Part shown: positions 26,751-40,715 of the stretch, one piece after another | Numbering within the stretch: the first letter of the stretch is position 1 | Layout of the letters: each line of letters opens with the position of its first letter | Origin: the human T2T-CHM13v2.0 reference genome, Homo sapiens | NCBI RefSeq assembly: GCF_009914755.1 | Contig: NC_060935.1 | Strand: one strand, 5' to 3' | Length of the DNA: 64,000 nt | Notes under the pieces: model-generated | What the model was told of the DNA's origin: nothing | Database searches by the model: none | What the model saw: the letters and a program-made list of their open reading frames with translations, nothing else | Made by a program: the position numbers and the translations under genes

Positions 26751-29700
26751 GGGTGTTTCCAAAATCCTCATTGAACAAGGCTCAGTGTCATGGTGAAGCA
26801 TGGAGAGGCACTTACTACTGATCCTGCCAACCTTGGGACCAGGAGAGGATGGTGGACCCAGCTAGCTAGTGGAGGAAGCCTGACTGGCCTCGTCCAAAGG
26901 CTCAGCTCCAGGCCGAGCTGTTTACTTGTAGTCAGGCTCTCTGGCAGCAGTAGTTTCTGTGCAGTGTCTTCATCTGGCTCCCGTGTGGCCCTCGGAACTC
27001 CAGTGAACACAGAGCTGCTAATACCCTCCAGCCCAGGCCTTCGGGGGAAGCCTCCTTCTCCTCTGATGGAGGCAGAGGCCAGGCTGTTGTTGACAGTGCA
27101 CACAGGCCTGTCTTTAAAGAAATTCTTTGGTCTTCTACTGACTTAACTTTTTTTATTGCAAGGGGAAAAGCATTGCATTGAATCAAAATTAAACTGTTCA
27201 ACAAATGTTGAAATGAAGGCTCAAATTACAGAATACATTTTGATTAATTCAATTAGTGTTTACCTCCAGCCTGCCAAATTCTGGGGCCTATTCCTCAGCA
27301 GGCAGCCAGGGAGGCTCGTAGGAGGGAGTTGGCTATAGGCAAAAGTTACGCACGCTCCAGCTAATAGAGAAAACTTACCAATTCATATCTGTTTTTTTTT
27401 TTTTGTTGTTGCTTAGCATTCTAAAATAATGGAATAGGGAGAAGTGCCTGGTTTTATTATCTATTAGGGGAAGTGACATCCTTTTTTCTCATTGGTCCTT
27501 CAGGAATACAATTGCATCCATCAGTTATGTCTCTCACTCATGCCAGGCCCAAGCGTAAGTTCCCCTTATGGTAGAGACGCTTTCACCTCTGAATATCTGG
27601 CTGTAAGAGAGAAGGGACCCCAGGTGTGGAGAAAGTTCGATGAGAGAGGCTGTCATGGATAGCCCCCAATCCTTCTTTCAGAGTGCTGGCCAAGGTTACA
27701 TGCCCAGCCTCCCTTCACTTTCCACTCAGGTACACAAACACTTAACATTTTGTGTCAACAAACATTTACTGAAGGTCCTGTGCCAGGTTCTTTGCTGGGC
27801 TCTGAGGATAGAAAGGTGAATGGAGCATACTCCTTGCTCTCTAGCAGTTAATCTAGACAGGGAGGCAGACACATTGAGAAATAATACAAATTATTATCAT
27901 CTTCATAAATAATATAGACAGCTCTGACGATAAAGGTGTGTACCAGATATGACAGGAGCAGAGCTGAGGCATCCAGCACCTTCAGGGATGAGGGGTAATG
28001 GTGTTAGGAAAGGTTTTCTGGCAGTGGTCATTTGGATAAGGCCTTAGCATGGGTGGGATTTGAAAGTAGAGATGGAGAAAAGCACCCACGTAGAGGAAGT
28101 ACAGAAAATGGGGTATTTCTGTATGCGAGGGTAGGACGTGGTCCAGTGAAGCTGGAACTCAGAGTGGTGAGGACTATAGCGGGGAAGGTTAACGGTATTA
28201 GAGGACTTTGGCAGAGCTGCAAAATGCAGCTTCTCTCCTGAAAGCACTGTGAAGCCGAGGAATGTTTGAGAGCAGAGGAGCATGTCATGAGCTCCATGGA
28301 ACATGTCTTGCCTGCACAGGGAAAGAAAGACAGATTGCAGGGAAGTTGGCTAGAGGTAGAAAGCCCAGAGGAAGCAGCTTTTGCAATCTGGCTGAGAGAT
28401 GATGAGGTTCTAAACTGTGGTGAGGTGAGAGGTAAGGAGAGTTTGGTGGAATGTTAGGACCTATTCAGGGAGTTTGAATGGCACTGTAGAAAGAGCACCA
28501 AATGAGTCATCAGGAACTTAGGTTCAAATCTCAGTTCTGCTGGAAGGGAAAGTAGAATTCTCTGCCCCCTGCCCTGAAAAGTCCACATCCCCAGGTGGTG
28601 GTTTGGTTTTTTGTGTTAGCCTGTTACTATAAAAAGAATTCAAATGTACACAGAAATAGAAATAGTAAAATGCATCCTCTTACCCATCATTTAGCTTAAC
28701 CTCTTGCTTGTATTATTTTTTAGGGGGGCAATTTTTGAGATGAAGCTTTTTGGAAATATTCACTTTGAGGTTGCATTTGAAGCATTTCTCTGAATCTGTT
28801 TATGATCTGGTTGAGGCAATGAAATAATTTCACGTCCATTTGTTCCTCCCTGGAGGTAAATTGTGTGTATGCATGTGTGTTCTTTGCTGTAAGAAGGAAA
28901 ATGAGGGTAGCTTCCCTTGAAGGGTAAGTTCTGGGGCTGAGGAGGCACATTGCCAACCGGGTCCTGTCAGGGGCATGAGGCTCTCTGTCTGCTGTGGGGG
29001 CAGGTGTGGTGTGGACAGGGGAGAGAATGGAGGTAAGGACTACCACAGGTCAGACACCCTTATCCATTCACTGGGAGGGGCTTGTTGCCCAGAGCTTAAT
29101 TCACACTGACCAACCTGACAAGGCTGGTCCATAAGCCAGACACCAATTTAATTTACTCTGGCAGGCATTGTGCAGTGGCCACAATGCAAATGCCTGCTTT
29201 CCCAGACCGCCTTCCTGGCCTTACCCCACCTGGCAAAATGAATTACAGCATCATCCGCAGGTTGCTGGGGAGCCATGCTCTCAAATAGAAGGCACCATGT
29301 GCATTGCAGGTGCATCACTACAGGCCCTGATGGGACCTCATAGGCTCTTTCTGGTGCAGGCCACTTCCTTTGCCAAGGTGGCTCTAGGGAGAGGGGAGGA
29401 TGGGCTGAGCTGCACATGCTCAGTTCCTTCTTTCATTTCCACCATCAGATACTGAGCTGTTTCCCAGGGGAGGAAATCCTGGAAAGAGAGGAAGTTAGTA
29501 TCCTCCCATTGGGTCTTGCCCATGACAACATGAAGCAGAAACTAAATGGAGGTGGGAGCCCATGTCTCAGCCAAGATTCATTTCAACAGGCAGGGGTGGG
29601 GATGCTGTCATAGAGAAAACTTGCCTGAGCATTGAAAAATTAGTTTTGATGGACAGAGATTGGGGAAGGGGCCTTTAGTTGAGGAAACAGCATGACAAAG

Positions 29701-29769
29701 GCACAGTGGCATAAGGATGCTCTCTTGCGGCTGGGGTATCAGGAACCCAGGAGCAGGTCAGGCTCAGTG

Positions 29770-30010
29770 AGGAAGTGCGTCCAGCGTAGTGGTTAGGAAC
29801 ATAACCTTGGAGTTGGACTGCCTGAATTCAAATCTTATCTTTACTGCTTCCTGGATGTGTGATTTGACCAAGTCACTTAACCTCTCCAAGCTTCAGTTTC
29901 CTTATCTGTAGAATCGGGATAATAATAGTTATAAATATTGAGATATGAGATAAACATAAGAACTTAGCTCAGTGTAGAAGTGAGTGTTTAATAAATGGCA
30001 GCCATTATAA
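29770..30010 (+). mobile_element. MIR
   Basis: MIR core caagtcacttaacctctccaagcttcagtttccttatctgtagaatcgggataataatag. Confidence 0.8.
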
Positions 30011-33000
30011 CTACCATCATGAGAACAGGACATTTTCGGGCCGGCTCCAATTTGGATGCCAGCTCATGCGTTCAGACTGCTGTGGGAGAGGCCAGGTGTT
30101 ACTCAGGTGAGAGGAGGTTCTCCAGTGCCCTGGTTCTGAATACCTGAACACAGTCTGGGCAGTAGGAGTGGAAAGGATGAGATGGAGAAGAGCATCCCTG
30201 CAGGGGGAGACCACAGAGATCTGGTGGCTCACACGGGAGGGGAGTAGGGTGGGGAAGCATGACAGGTGAATGCAGGCTGCATAGTTCAATGAGGGACCCG
30301 GAGAGCGCTTCTCCCAAATGCCAGAGGAGGAGAGTGTCACCACTGATGAGATGCCAAAGAAGGCACTAGAGCAAACGCTGACTGATGGCGAGTCTAAGCG
30401 CTTTACTCTGTTAACATTTAACCTTCACAACCACCCTTTCAGGTAGGCAGTTTTATTATTATCCTCATCTTAAAGATGAGAAACCCGAGGCACAGAGGTT
30501 AAGTGTCTTGCCCTGGGACATATAGTTTCTGAATCAGGGCTGTCACCGAGGCAGTCCAACCCCAGCCTGGGCTTTTAACCCCACCCTAGACCGCCTCTTA
30601 AGGAAATGGGAACACAAGCGGCTGGCTGGATGAGAGCATGGCACGGGTGCACACGGATGAGTGACGTCCCACCACTGGGGGTGTCAGAGAGCACGGGAGG
30701 TAGGCAGTGGGGCTCTGAGGCAAAGGGGAAACATGGAATAATAACAGTAGGGTGCAGGGTCAAAGGACATGTTCTAGGATAGCAGAGGAAGGAGCAGAAG
30801 AGGGAGAGAGTGCAGATTCAGTTTGGAGGGGGAATAATTGAGAGGTTGGATCTCAGTGATGATCGAAGATTAGGGGTCACAGGGAGGAGGGGCAACTCTT
30901 AGACAGCATGTGAAGAGAGGGTAAGAGATGAGAGAAGGGGAATCAAGTGGTTTTGTTTCTCATTAAAGAAAGATGCATGGTAGTTTGCAGAGGGAGTCTG
31001 ACACGAAGAAACATGAGATTAGAGATCCCAGGCGCATGAATGTCTGATGGAGCCGTATGTGTTGTGTAGCATCCCGGGAGCAGAAGGAAGAAGAGACATG
31101 TGAACCTGGTTCCCCAGGCAGAGGGAGAGTGAGCGTAAGTTGTGACCAGAGAGGTAGAATGAGCTGAGGAGCACGTTCAAGCTGGAGAGAGGTGAGGACT
31201 CTACACTCTGATGAACAGAGCCAGGGAGAGAGCCTCCACGTTGTCCAGAATAGGGCTATGGTGAAAGAGGAAATGGAGTCAAGGAAGTGTGGGAAGGGAG
31301 GGAATAGGTGGGGACCTGAAGTGGGCAGGTAGAAGGGACAGGCTGGCAGACCATGGTTATACTTGGGGAGGGGAATCCAGAGAGATCCTTGAGCTCCTTG
31401 AGAAGGATCCTTCCTTCAGGTCCCCGCCTCCTCCTCCTACGTTATTGCTGGGAAGAGTGGGTGGCTTCTAGGTGGCTCCCTCAGTGGTTGTCATTGCCTA
31501 ATGGCTACAGGCCATGTTCTAGGGGTGACAGGTGAGAGACCCTTCTCAAGCTGGGGCAGCTTCATTCGCTGTCACTATTCCCCTGCTCTCTGGCCACTGA
31601 GCTACATCTTTGTAAAACAGGGCTGATAATTGTACTATATCCCTCACAGGACCCCCTTGAAGATTAAATGAGAAAACAAAAATGAGGACACTTTTTTTCC
31701 CCCCCACAGAGGCAGCAGCTTCTCAAAGGAGACAGGAAACCTGTGAACTCCCAGAGCAGGTGGTTTTTACACACAGGTGGATATTGCACAGGCTCGAAAT
31801 AATTCACCATCATCTTGATCTATTGTGAATGGCTGTGTGGCCAGGGCAGGCAGCCAGATCTTAGAACGTGTGAGTTATCTGTTGCCTAGTCCTGGCTCTT
31901 CACATCTTAGCCTTGAAAGATAGACTCTCATTTACGTTTACTTCTTAGACCCACTCTTTCTGAGCGGTTCAGAAGGAAGGGAAAGAGCCTCCTCTCCGAA
32001 AGTTCTCTAAGTGGCTACGGTGGGCCCTATCCCCATGAGGGCACTGATATACTTGTCTTACAGTATTGAAGGGCACACTGATGGGGTTTGGTGATGCTCT
32101 GCTCCCTGGATGCTGTCTGGCTCCCCATCTCAATTCTTCCCAAAGGCACAGATCCCTGCCTCGCTTCCCTGCCCTCCCCGCTCCCCACTCCCCAATCCCT
32201 CTCCTTGTTGGAGTACCTGCACTGTTTGACCTTTGGCATCTCCCCAAACCATTCTCTGACAGACCTGGCATTAAGGCATGGCCTTGGTTGTGGCTGGTTT
32301 ACCCTAATCAGTGCTTGAGTTGGGAAAAGGATCAGCTTGGAGAGAGAGGGGAACAAAGGCAGAATATCGAGAGCAGAAATAGGTGAGAAGAGTCAGAGGA
32401 GGGTGAAGCGAGCATTCAACAACATCAAGCAAATACGGTGAAGGAAACTTGACATCAGCTTCTTAGTGTTCCTGAAGCCCAGAAGGTCAGATGTGCTTTT
32501 GGGTGTGAGCCATCAGAACCTCAGACTCACACCCGTTTCCTGGCCAGACCCTGCGCTCCTCCTTGTGGGCTGGGCTCGTGGTGTCTCATTCTCATGTCTT
32601 TGGGGTGGTGTTTCTCTTAAAAAGCTTGCCATTTCCAGTAGGAGGAGGATGTCGCTGCTGAGACTGTGGGACAGCTAGGCTCAGAGGGAGTCTGACTTCG
32701 GGGCACCCGGAGGTGAGGTCTCAGTGCCTGTTGCTGCTCTTTGCCTTCTTTAGAGGACAGTGTGCAGCTTTCTGACTGAATGCCCTGCTGTTGTGATATG
32801 TTGCTGGAAATGCTGTTTGGGGTCATGGAGCCTTGCTTAAAGGGCTGTGGTTTGGTGAGAAGGGCTCGAGCTTTTTGGGAATGCTTAAGTGGAAGCATCT
32901 GGGCTTGGCTCTGCCAAAGGAGGCTGGTGGTGGAGCAGGGACATGTGACAGGACTTGGGCTGTGTCTTCAGTGGAAGGACCAGAAAGCAAAAGGAATCCT

Positions 33001-35989
33001 TCCAGTGGGTTCAGCAGAACTAGGCTCCAGCACAAATGTTCTTAAGGATATCCTGGAACTCGCCTGACAGGGAGTGGCTGGGAATACCCGGTGCATAAAA
33101 CTCACTAACCTGGTATAGCGGGAAAAAGACGCTAAGCAAGAAATATTGCATTCATCCCCTGCCACCACCCAGCACTGCCAGCCTGTGTCTAGATTCAGGG
33201 CCCTTTCTGCAGTTCTGATAGATCTCAGCCCCCACTGGCCTGAGCTTAACTGACTAATCAGAACAGCCTGATCTAGGATGTTTAGGTTGAAACAAGGAAC
33301 CTTGTATGCGCCAAATATTTTTGTTGCTGTAAAGCTTTGAACAAATGTTTGCTCTTAGGAGTTACTGATACTATGATTAGATGGGGACCAGTTAAGCATG
33401 CTTGTTCACCTTCAGTGGCATTCTTCTATTTTCTCCTCTTCAGCTTCTTTTAGGCTACTTAAGCTTCTATTCATTGACAAAACAAAACAAAGCTCTGCCT
33501 CTTCACTTTTATTAGACTCCGATATTCACTGAAGGCATTCAGCAACTCTGATAGCAACGTTCTCAGCAGCCTGGCCCCTCTGTCCTGCTATGGCTCCTCT
33601 TTGTCCTGACAGGATATCTCGCTGTGTTGGGCTCCTCTGTCCTGAGGGAAATTTAGCACAATGGCCTTGTCCCTCATTGTGATATAAAGCCAGTGTCTGT
33701 GGGCTCTGCCATTGCTCTGAGGAGCTGTCTTCGCAGGCCAGGTGTGCGGCTTCTCCTCTCCACTGTCAGATCTGATCCTGTGGGGGTCGTGACCTCTGGA
33801 TGTTATAGGACCTGTGGAGGACAGGTACAGCTTGTGGCCCTGGGCAGAAGGTGGGGACAACTTGAACTGCTACGCTGAGAGCCTTGCCAGTGTAGACCGG
33901 TGACCTCTTTATTTCCTTTCATTTTCTCCCTTTTAGAATGGGAGCTGAGCTCCGGGGTCAGAGATATGGCCCTGCCTGTGAGGGCCTTACCACTTAGACA
34001 AAAGTGCCCTGGAGAAGTCTGTCCTGGGAGTGGCGAGGGGGACCCAGTCAGAAGTAGTCACTTCCATCTGGGGGATGGATGGGAGAGGATCCTTGGAGAT
34101 AATGATGATGGAATTTGGCCTCAAAACAGGAGTGGGAGTTGAGCAGGTAGAACGAAGGACTTCAGCTAAAACACTGAAGAAGCCCCAAAAGCAGAAGCAA
34201 GCTGGGGACAATAGCTTGGCTGTTGCTCAGGGCAGGAGCCAGATATGGCCAGGAGAATTAAAACTGCTGGGGTTGTGAACTCCCACCCAGTTTTGAATCT
34301 CTACAGTCCCACAATGTGTCTCTTTTCACCTGAATTTTATAAATAGGTAAAATGAGGTTCATTAATGTTAAAGAGCTTGTCAGGGGCACAGCTCATGAAG
34401 GAAAGAACTTGGATCTACATGCAGGTCTGACTACAGAACCCACTCTCCTAACTGCTCTGTGGGTCCTTAACTTCGTCTCCAGGTCCCCAAGCACCCCTTT
34501 GTTGCCTGAGTGATAGAAAGCTGGTGAAGCGTTGTGAATGCTGGGAAGCCTTGGTAAGATTTGTGAAATAGACCCACCCTCCTGGCAGCAGTGTGGAGGA
34601 TGAGGGGTGTTGGGGGGGCGGTGAGGCTGGAGGCAGAGAAACTGGTTAGGAAGCCAGTGCAGCCACTCTGATGGGAGATGACGGCAGGGCAGGTGAAGAT
34701 GAGGGGACAGATCTGAAAGAGAGGGAGGAGATTTTACCAGATCTGGTGCCCAGTTGGATGTGGGTAACAAAAGGGAAGGTCCAAGGCTGACTCCCAGGTT
34801 TTTATCTTGGTGACCATGGGGGCATCACCAAGGTGGGATGGGAAGCATTTGGGTCCCACCCATTGTGAGAATATAGAGAGGGAGGTGGGTGCTCAGGATG
34901 GGAAGAGTTTGGGGCTGTTGTAGGGGAACATGCTGCAACCTCACTCCAGTCCCCACTATCTCCCAGGCTTTAGCTTCCCATGGACAATGAATTGGTTATT
35001 TTATCAATAAATCTGTAAACACTTATCCAGTGCTTACAGAATGGGGGACCCCACAGGGACCCAGACACGTGGCACAGTTTTCAGGGAGATGGCTGTGCAC
35101 AGCTGCTGTCATTCCTTTCCTTCAGGATGAAAAAAGATGATCAGAGAGATCCCATTTAGGTAGTCAGAATTAAGTATGATTACCTGGAAGAGCTGGCTTG
35201 ATGGGAATTTAGCAGGGACAGCTGTAGGCATGGGCATAAAAGCTGGAAAGCAGTGCAGACAGCCAATTAACTAACAATTAGGATCAGATGCCTTAGTGAT
35301 AAGGCATCTGGTGAGGATGGGGCAGAGGTCTGCCAAAAGGTATGTATGGTAAAAGTTAAAGCCGTGACCAAGTAGGTTGAGTCCATATGATGATAGACCA
35401 TGATTTCTACTGTGTGGCTGGTGGCCAGCCCCTGAGGCTGTCTAAGCAAAAGGGTGCCTGGTGCAGGGCTGTGTTTGCATTCCATCAGTTCCTCAACTTT
35501 GGTCAGAATCAGAATCACCCGAATGGCTAGATCAGCCATAAAGGTCAGGCTCTCTACTTACAGGAGGCTGGGCCTCTTGCTTGATTAGTTCTCAGGGTGG
35601 TTCTGATTAACAGCAAAGTTTGAGGACCACGAGATAGGTGAATCTTCAGTGCAGAGTGAATGGGGAGGGCTGTTCGGAGGAGGGTAACCGGTTAGGAGGC
35701 TATTGTAGTCATCTAGGGTGAGGTAATACAGGGACAGGTGAGGCTGTGTGAGCAGATGAGATCACCAGTAGCGTGAGTTTGGAGAGAAGTGCTCTGGTCT
35801 TATTCAGCAGCATTTGGTGCACCTGACTGCGCCCTCTATCCAGAAACCCTTTGGTTCGCTTATGGGTGCCACTCTCACTTCTGGCTGCTCCTCCTGTCTC
35901 CTTTGTCCATTCCTCTTCTCCCCGGTGGCTGCATGGTGGAGTGTTTCAGGGAGTCCTGGGGCTTCCTCTGTTTTTATACCACTTCTTAA

Positions 35990-36520
35990 GTCACTTCATG
36001 CAATTGCTTAAATACATCTTTATGAAGATGCCTCCCAAATTGACATCTCCATCCCAGACTTCTCTGTAAACATCAGACTCCTATTTCCAAATGGCTACTC
36101 AGCGTAACTTCCTAGGTGTCTCTAGGCCTCTTAAGCTGAACATTTCTAAAACCAATCTCCTGATTTCACCCCCAGACACCCCACATTGTTGCTCCTGCAG
36201 GCCTCCACATTCTCTAGGTACTCAGGGCAAAAACCGTGTAGGCACACTTGACTCTGCTCTCTCATGCCCATGTCCAGTTTATCAGTAAATCTTATGGGCT
36301 TTGTCCTCAAGGTATATCAGGAATTAGAACATCTAATTCATTACGGTCTGAGTCACTTCATCTCTTGCCGGGTTTCCTGTGTTCACTGCTGCGTCCCCTG
36401 CAGTCTATTTTCCAAGAAGCAGCCAGAGTAATCCTTTTAAAAGGTTAAGTCAGATCATGTCAACTCTATCCTCAGAACCCTCCAAATGGGTTTCTGTCTC
36501 AGGAAAGTGGAAGAACAGGA
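35990..36520 (+). mobile_element. LINE-2 fragment
   Basis: catctccatcccagacttctctgtaaacatcagactcc...cagccagagtaatccttttaaaaggttaagtcagatcatgtca. Confidence 0.7.
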
Positions 36521-38866
36521 GGAAAAATGGTGTGCATCCTCAGGCAAATTGCCTAATCTGTTTTCTCATCTGTAACAGGGGGAGAATAATTCCTAACTGG
36601 TATGGGGATTAAGTGAGATAATGTTGGATAAACCCTTAGCAAATAGCTAACAGTTATCTGCCCAATATATGGTAACTAAAGAGGAGACAGATGCCGCATT
36701 AATTTAATCTTGGCACTGTGCCTGCCATGCCACATGTATTATTTCTTTTAATCTTTTTTATTTCTTTTAATTTTAATCACCACTATATATCCACACAATT
36801 TAAAGACTCAAATAATTGTATGTAATTTGTTAAAACAGCCACCTCTTCACCTCCCCACCCCATTGTTCTTCCTCAGATGCAGCTGCTTAATTTTTTTAGT
36901 CATGTATTTTTATCCGTATCTCTAGAAAAATGCTTGTTCTGCTGCTTTATTATTTTCCCCCCATTTGTCATTATCTGTTCTTATTGAATTAAACAAAGTC
37001 TTCACCAATTATGTAAGTCTGTTAAGATGTTCAGATGCACCAGGTGTTCTGTCAATTTCATATGACTGAGGAAGTCTCTCCCAGAGCTTTTGAACTGGCT
37101 GACCTTGCAGGCTTGCTACAGAACTGTACCCTAGCATCTCCCTTATGGCCATGACCTTGTGTCCTTTTGAGTTTATGTCTCTCTTGTTAAATGAGCAGTT
37201 AAATTAAATGTTTAGGTTCAGCCTGCAATGTTTACCTGAGTTCTGTCTTGTTTACATTTGCCCAAAACAATGAAATTGATTTTATACTGATTTTACAGAT
37301 GAGACAATTGAGGCTAAAAGAGGTTAAAAGACTCACAGCCGTTATGCAGCAGAGCCCATGTTTTCACTCAAGTCTGTCTGTATATAAAAGCTGTACTCTC
37401 TCTCCTTTGCCCTTTAGGAAGAAAGTAGTTGTTGGTTAATATGGGATGTGATTGAGAATTTAGCGCTGCCATCAAATTCCTTCATATCTGTCTTTGTCCT
37501 TTTTATTTTTGGATGCTCCAAATGGCTTCTTGCTCCACTCTACCAAAGAGGTTTCTTAGATCCTTTAAAGAGGCTTTCTCTTAAGCTTAGGGATAGCAAA
37601 AGGTATTTCTTAAAATAACCATTTAAGAGCAGCTATGGCTTATGGGAGGCCTGTAAATTATTGGGAAAAGACTCCAATTTCTTGTAATATAGTGACACTT
37701 CTTTATCATCTGTTTGCCACTTGGGGAAGGGAGAGGTAGGAAAGGAGTTAGGTTCTGTGGTTGTGGTGGGGTTCTTGGCTGAGGCCTCCTTCCCCAGGCC
37801 TTGATTTCCAGGCAGAGACACTGGCCCCTGTCTAGTGGCAGCTGCTAAGGAGTCAGGTCTTGGCTCTGGCTCAACTGTGTCCAAGGCTCAGAATATCCTG
37901 GAGGCACAGGGAATAGCAGTGACTTCCAGATCTGTTCCTAGTTCATTTCAGCATCCAGGGCTATGTGAGCCTGCTCCAAACATCAATTACAACCTAACCA
38001 TTTTTATTGAGAGAAAAGAAGCTTAGAAATGGAATTCAGCGTGGGTGGAGTAAACAAAGGTTTACTTGCTTCCGACTTACCTTCATCAGTGGTTGCTGCC
38101 TACTTCAAATTTTCTTTTGCCAAACATGAAAGGAGTTAACACAGTATATAAATCACTGTTTGCCTCAGAACATACCAGATGATGGGGTTCAATTGTGACT
38201 CACTTTCTAAATTTTAGAACACATACAGATCTTGCTCCCTAATCAACTTCCAGGTGCCAAACTGGCCTTTGTGTGGTGCAGTTCATGTGGCTGTGGCATG
38301 TCATCATACCTTGCCATTCTAAAACATGGCTTTTCCTCACTGGCTGCATTTACAGCTAAGGGGTGTGGGATCGTTTTCTCCCTCACTGGTAGCGAAGAGA
38401 AGGGTTAAGTCCTGTAATGAGCAGGACCCCCAGCCTCAGATGCTGTCCCAGATAGGAAGATGACAGCACACACATAGGCCTGTGAGTGAAGGAAGGATGA
38501 ATTGTGGATGGACTGCATTTTTTCTTAAACAACATACCCTGCCTTATCTTTATGGCCAGGGATGAGACAGTGTCTCAGTATCAGAAGCCAGCCTGCTCAT
38601 TAGGGTCAAAATGCCAGCTATGTTAAGTGTCCAGAGAGAATGAAAAGTGCTTTGGTCCCATGTAACAACTGTCTCTGTATTGTGTGTGCTAAGAGCAATA
38701 TCCTTCTCTGTGTCCACTTCTTTCTTTCCTGGGCGGTTGGGTGCCCCTCGTACAGTCCCCATGGCACATTGTTGATTCCTCTGTTGTCCATGCTGTGTAA
38801 GGCCCTTGGGTAGCTGCTGTAGCTCTCCTCTCATTGCTGGGGAGCATGATTTAAATTCTACATCCC

Positions 38867-39184
<318 letters not shown>

Positions 39185-39420
39185 TCACCCTGATTTTTCA
39201 CATGTCGCTTGGGATTTTGGCTTGGGTTCTGGCTCTCTCTGTCTTCTCCCTGGTGTGTTGCTTCTGGAGCTTGGTGCACTTAAGCCCCATATCCCTGAGG
39301 AGCCCTGGCTCCCTAGGAGATGCTGTGTCCCTGTGGGAGGAACCGATGTGGAAGACACTGAACGCACTGCATGTCATCAGACAGCATGTTTACCTCTGAG
39401 ACCTGTGATACTATGATATA

Positions 39421-40047
<627 letters not shown>

Positions 40048-40521
40048 TAATAAAAAAAAGTATATATTTGGTCTCCTTCCAGTTTGCTAGCACAGAAAAG
40101 GGGCAACTTTTGTTATTCATAATAAGCGCCTTTCAACCTTACTCAGCTTTATGCTAATGAGGCCACTCCTGCAGGATGGGCTGGTTACCAGAGAAACCAA
40201 CCTGGTGATTAGAGGGTTAGAACTTTCAGCCCCACTCCCAATCCTCCCGACTCCTACCTCGGGGAGGAGAGTGGGGCTGAAGCTTGAGTTCAATCACCAA
40301 GGACTGAGCGACCCATGATTGGATTAATCATATCTATGGAATGGAACTTCTATAAGAAACCCTAAATGAAGGAAGGGGTTTGGAGAACTTCCAGGTTGGT
40401 GAACGCGTGGAAGTGCTGCTGGGTAGCAGCCCTGGAGAGGCTATGGAAGCTCCATGCATCCCTCCCCACTCCTCAGTCCCTTGCCCTATGTATCTCTTCC
40501 ATTTGGCTGCTTCTGTGTTGT

Positions 40522-40715
40522 CAGAAACTACACATCAGCTCCTAGGATTCTTATGAAAGCACATTGTATGATAATGGATTTAAGTGGTTTTGTGGTCTTG
40601 TATGCATATGTGGAACCCTCTGTAATGTTTCCTTGTTTTGTATTTGAATTTTCAGGAAGAGGAAAATAGGCTGGCAAAAAGAGTCATGGCTTCTGATGCT
40701 AGTCATGCACTGTGA
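40522..40715 (+). pseudogene. Diverged partial duplicate of the PPFIBP2 intron-1 end and exon 2 (encodes MASDASHAL*)
   Basis: About 80% identical by eye to 43665-43863; keeps the tgtatttgaattttcag acceptor (AG 40654-55) and the ATG at 40686. Confidence 0.9.
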
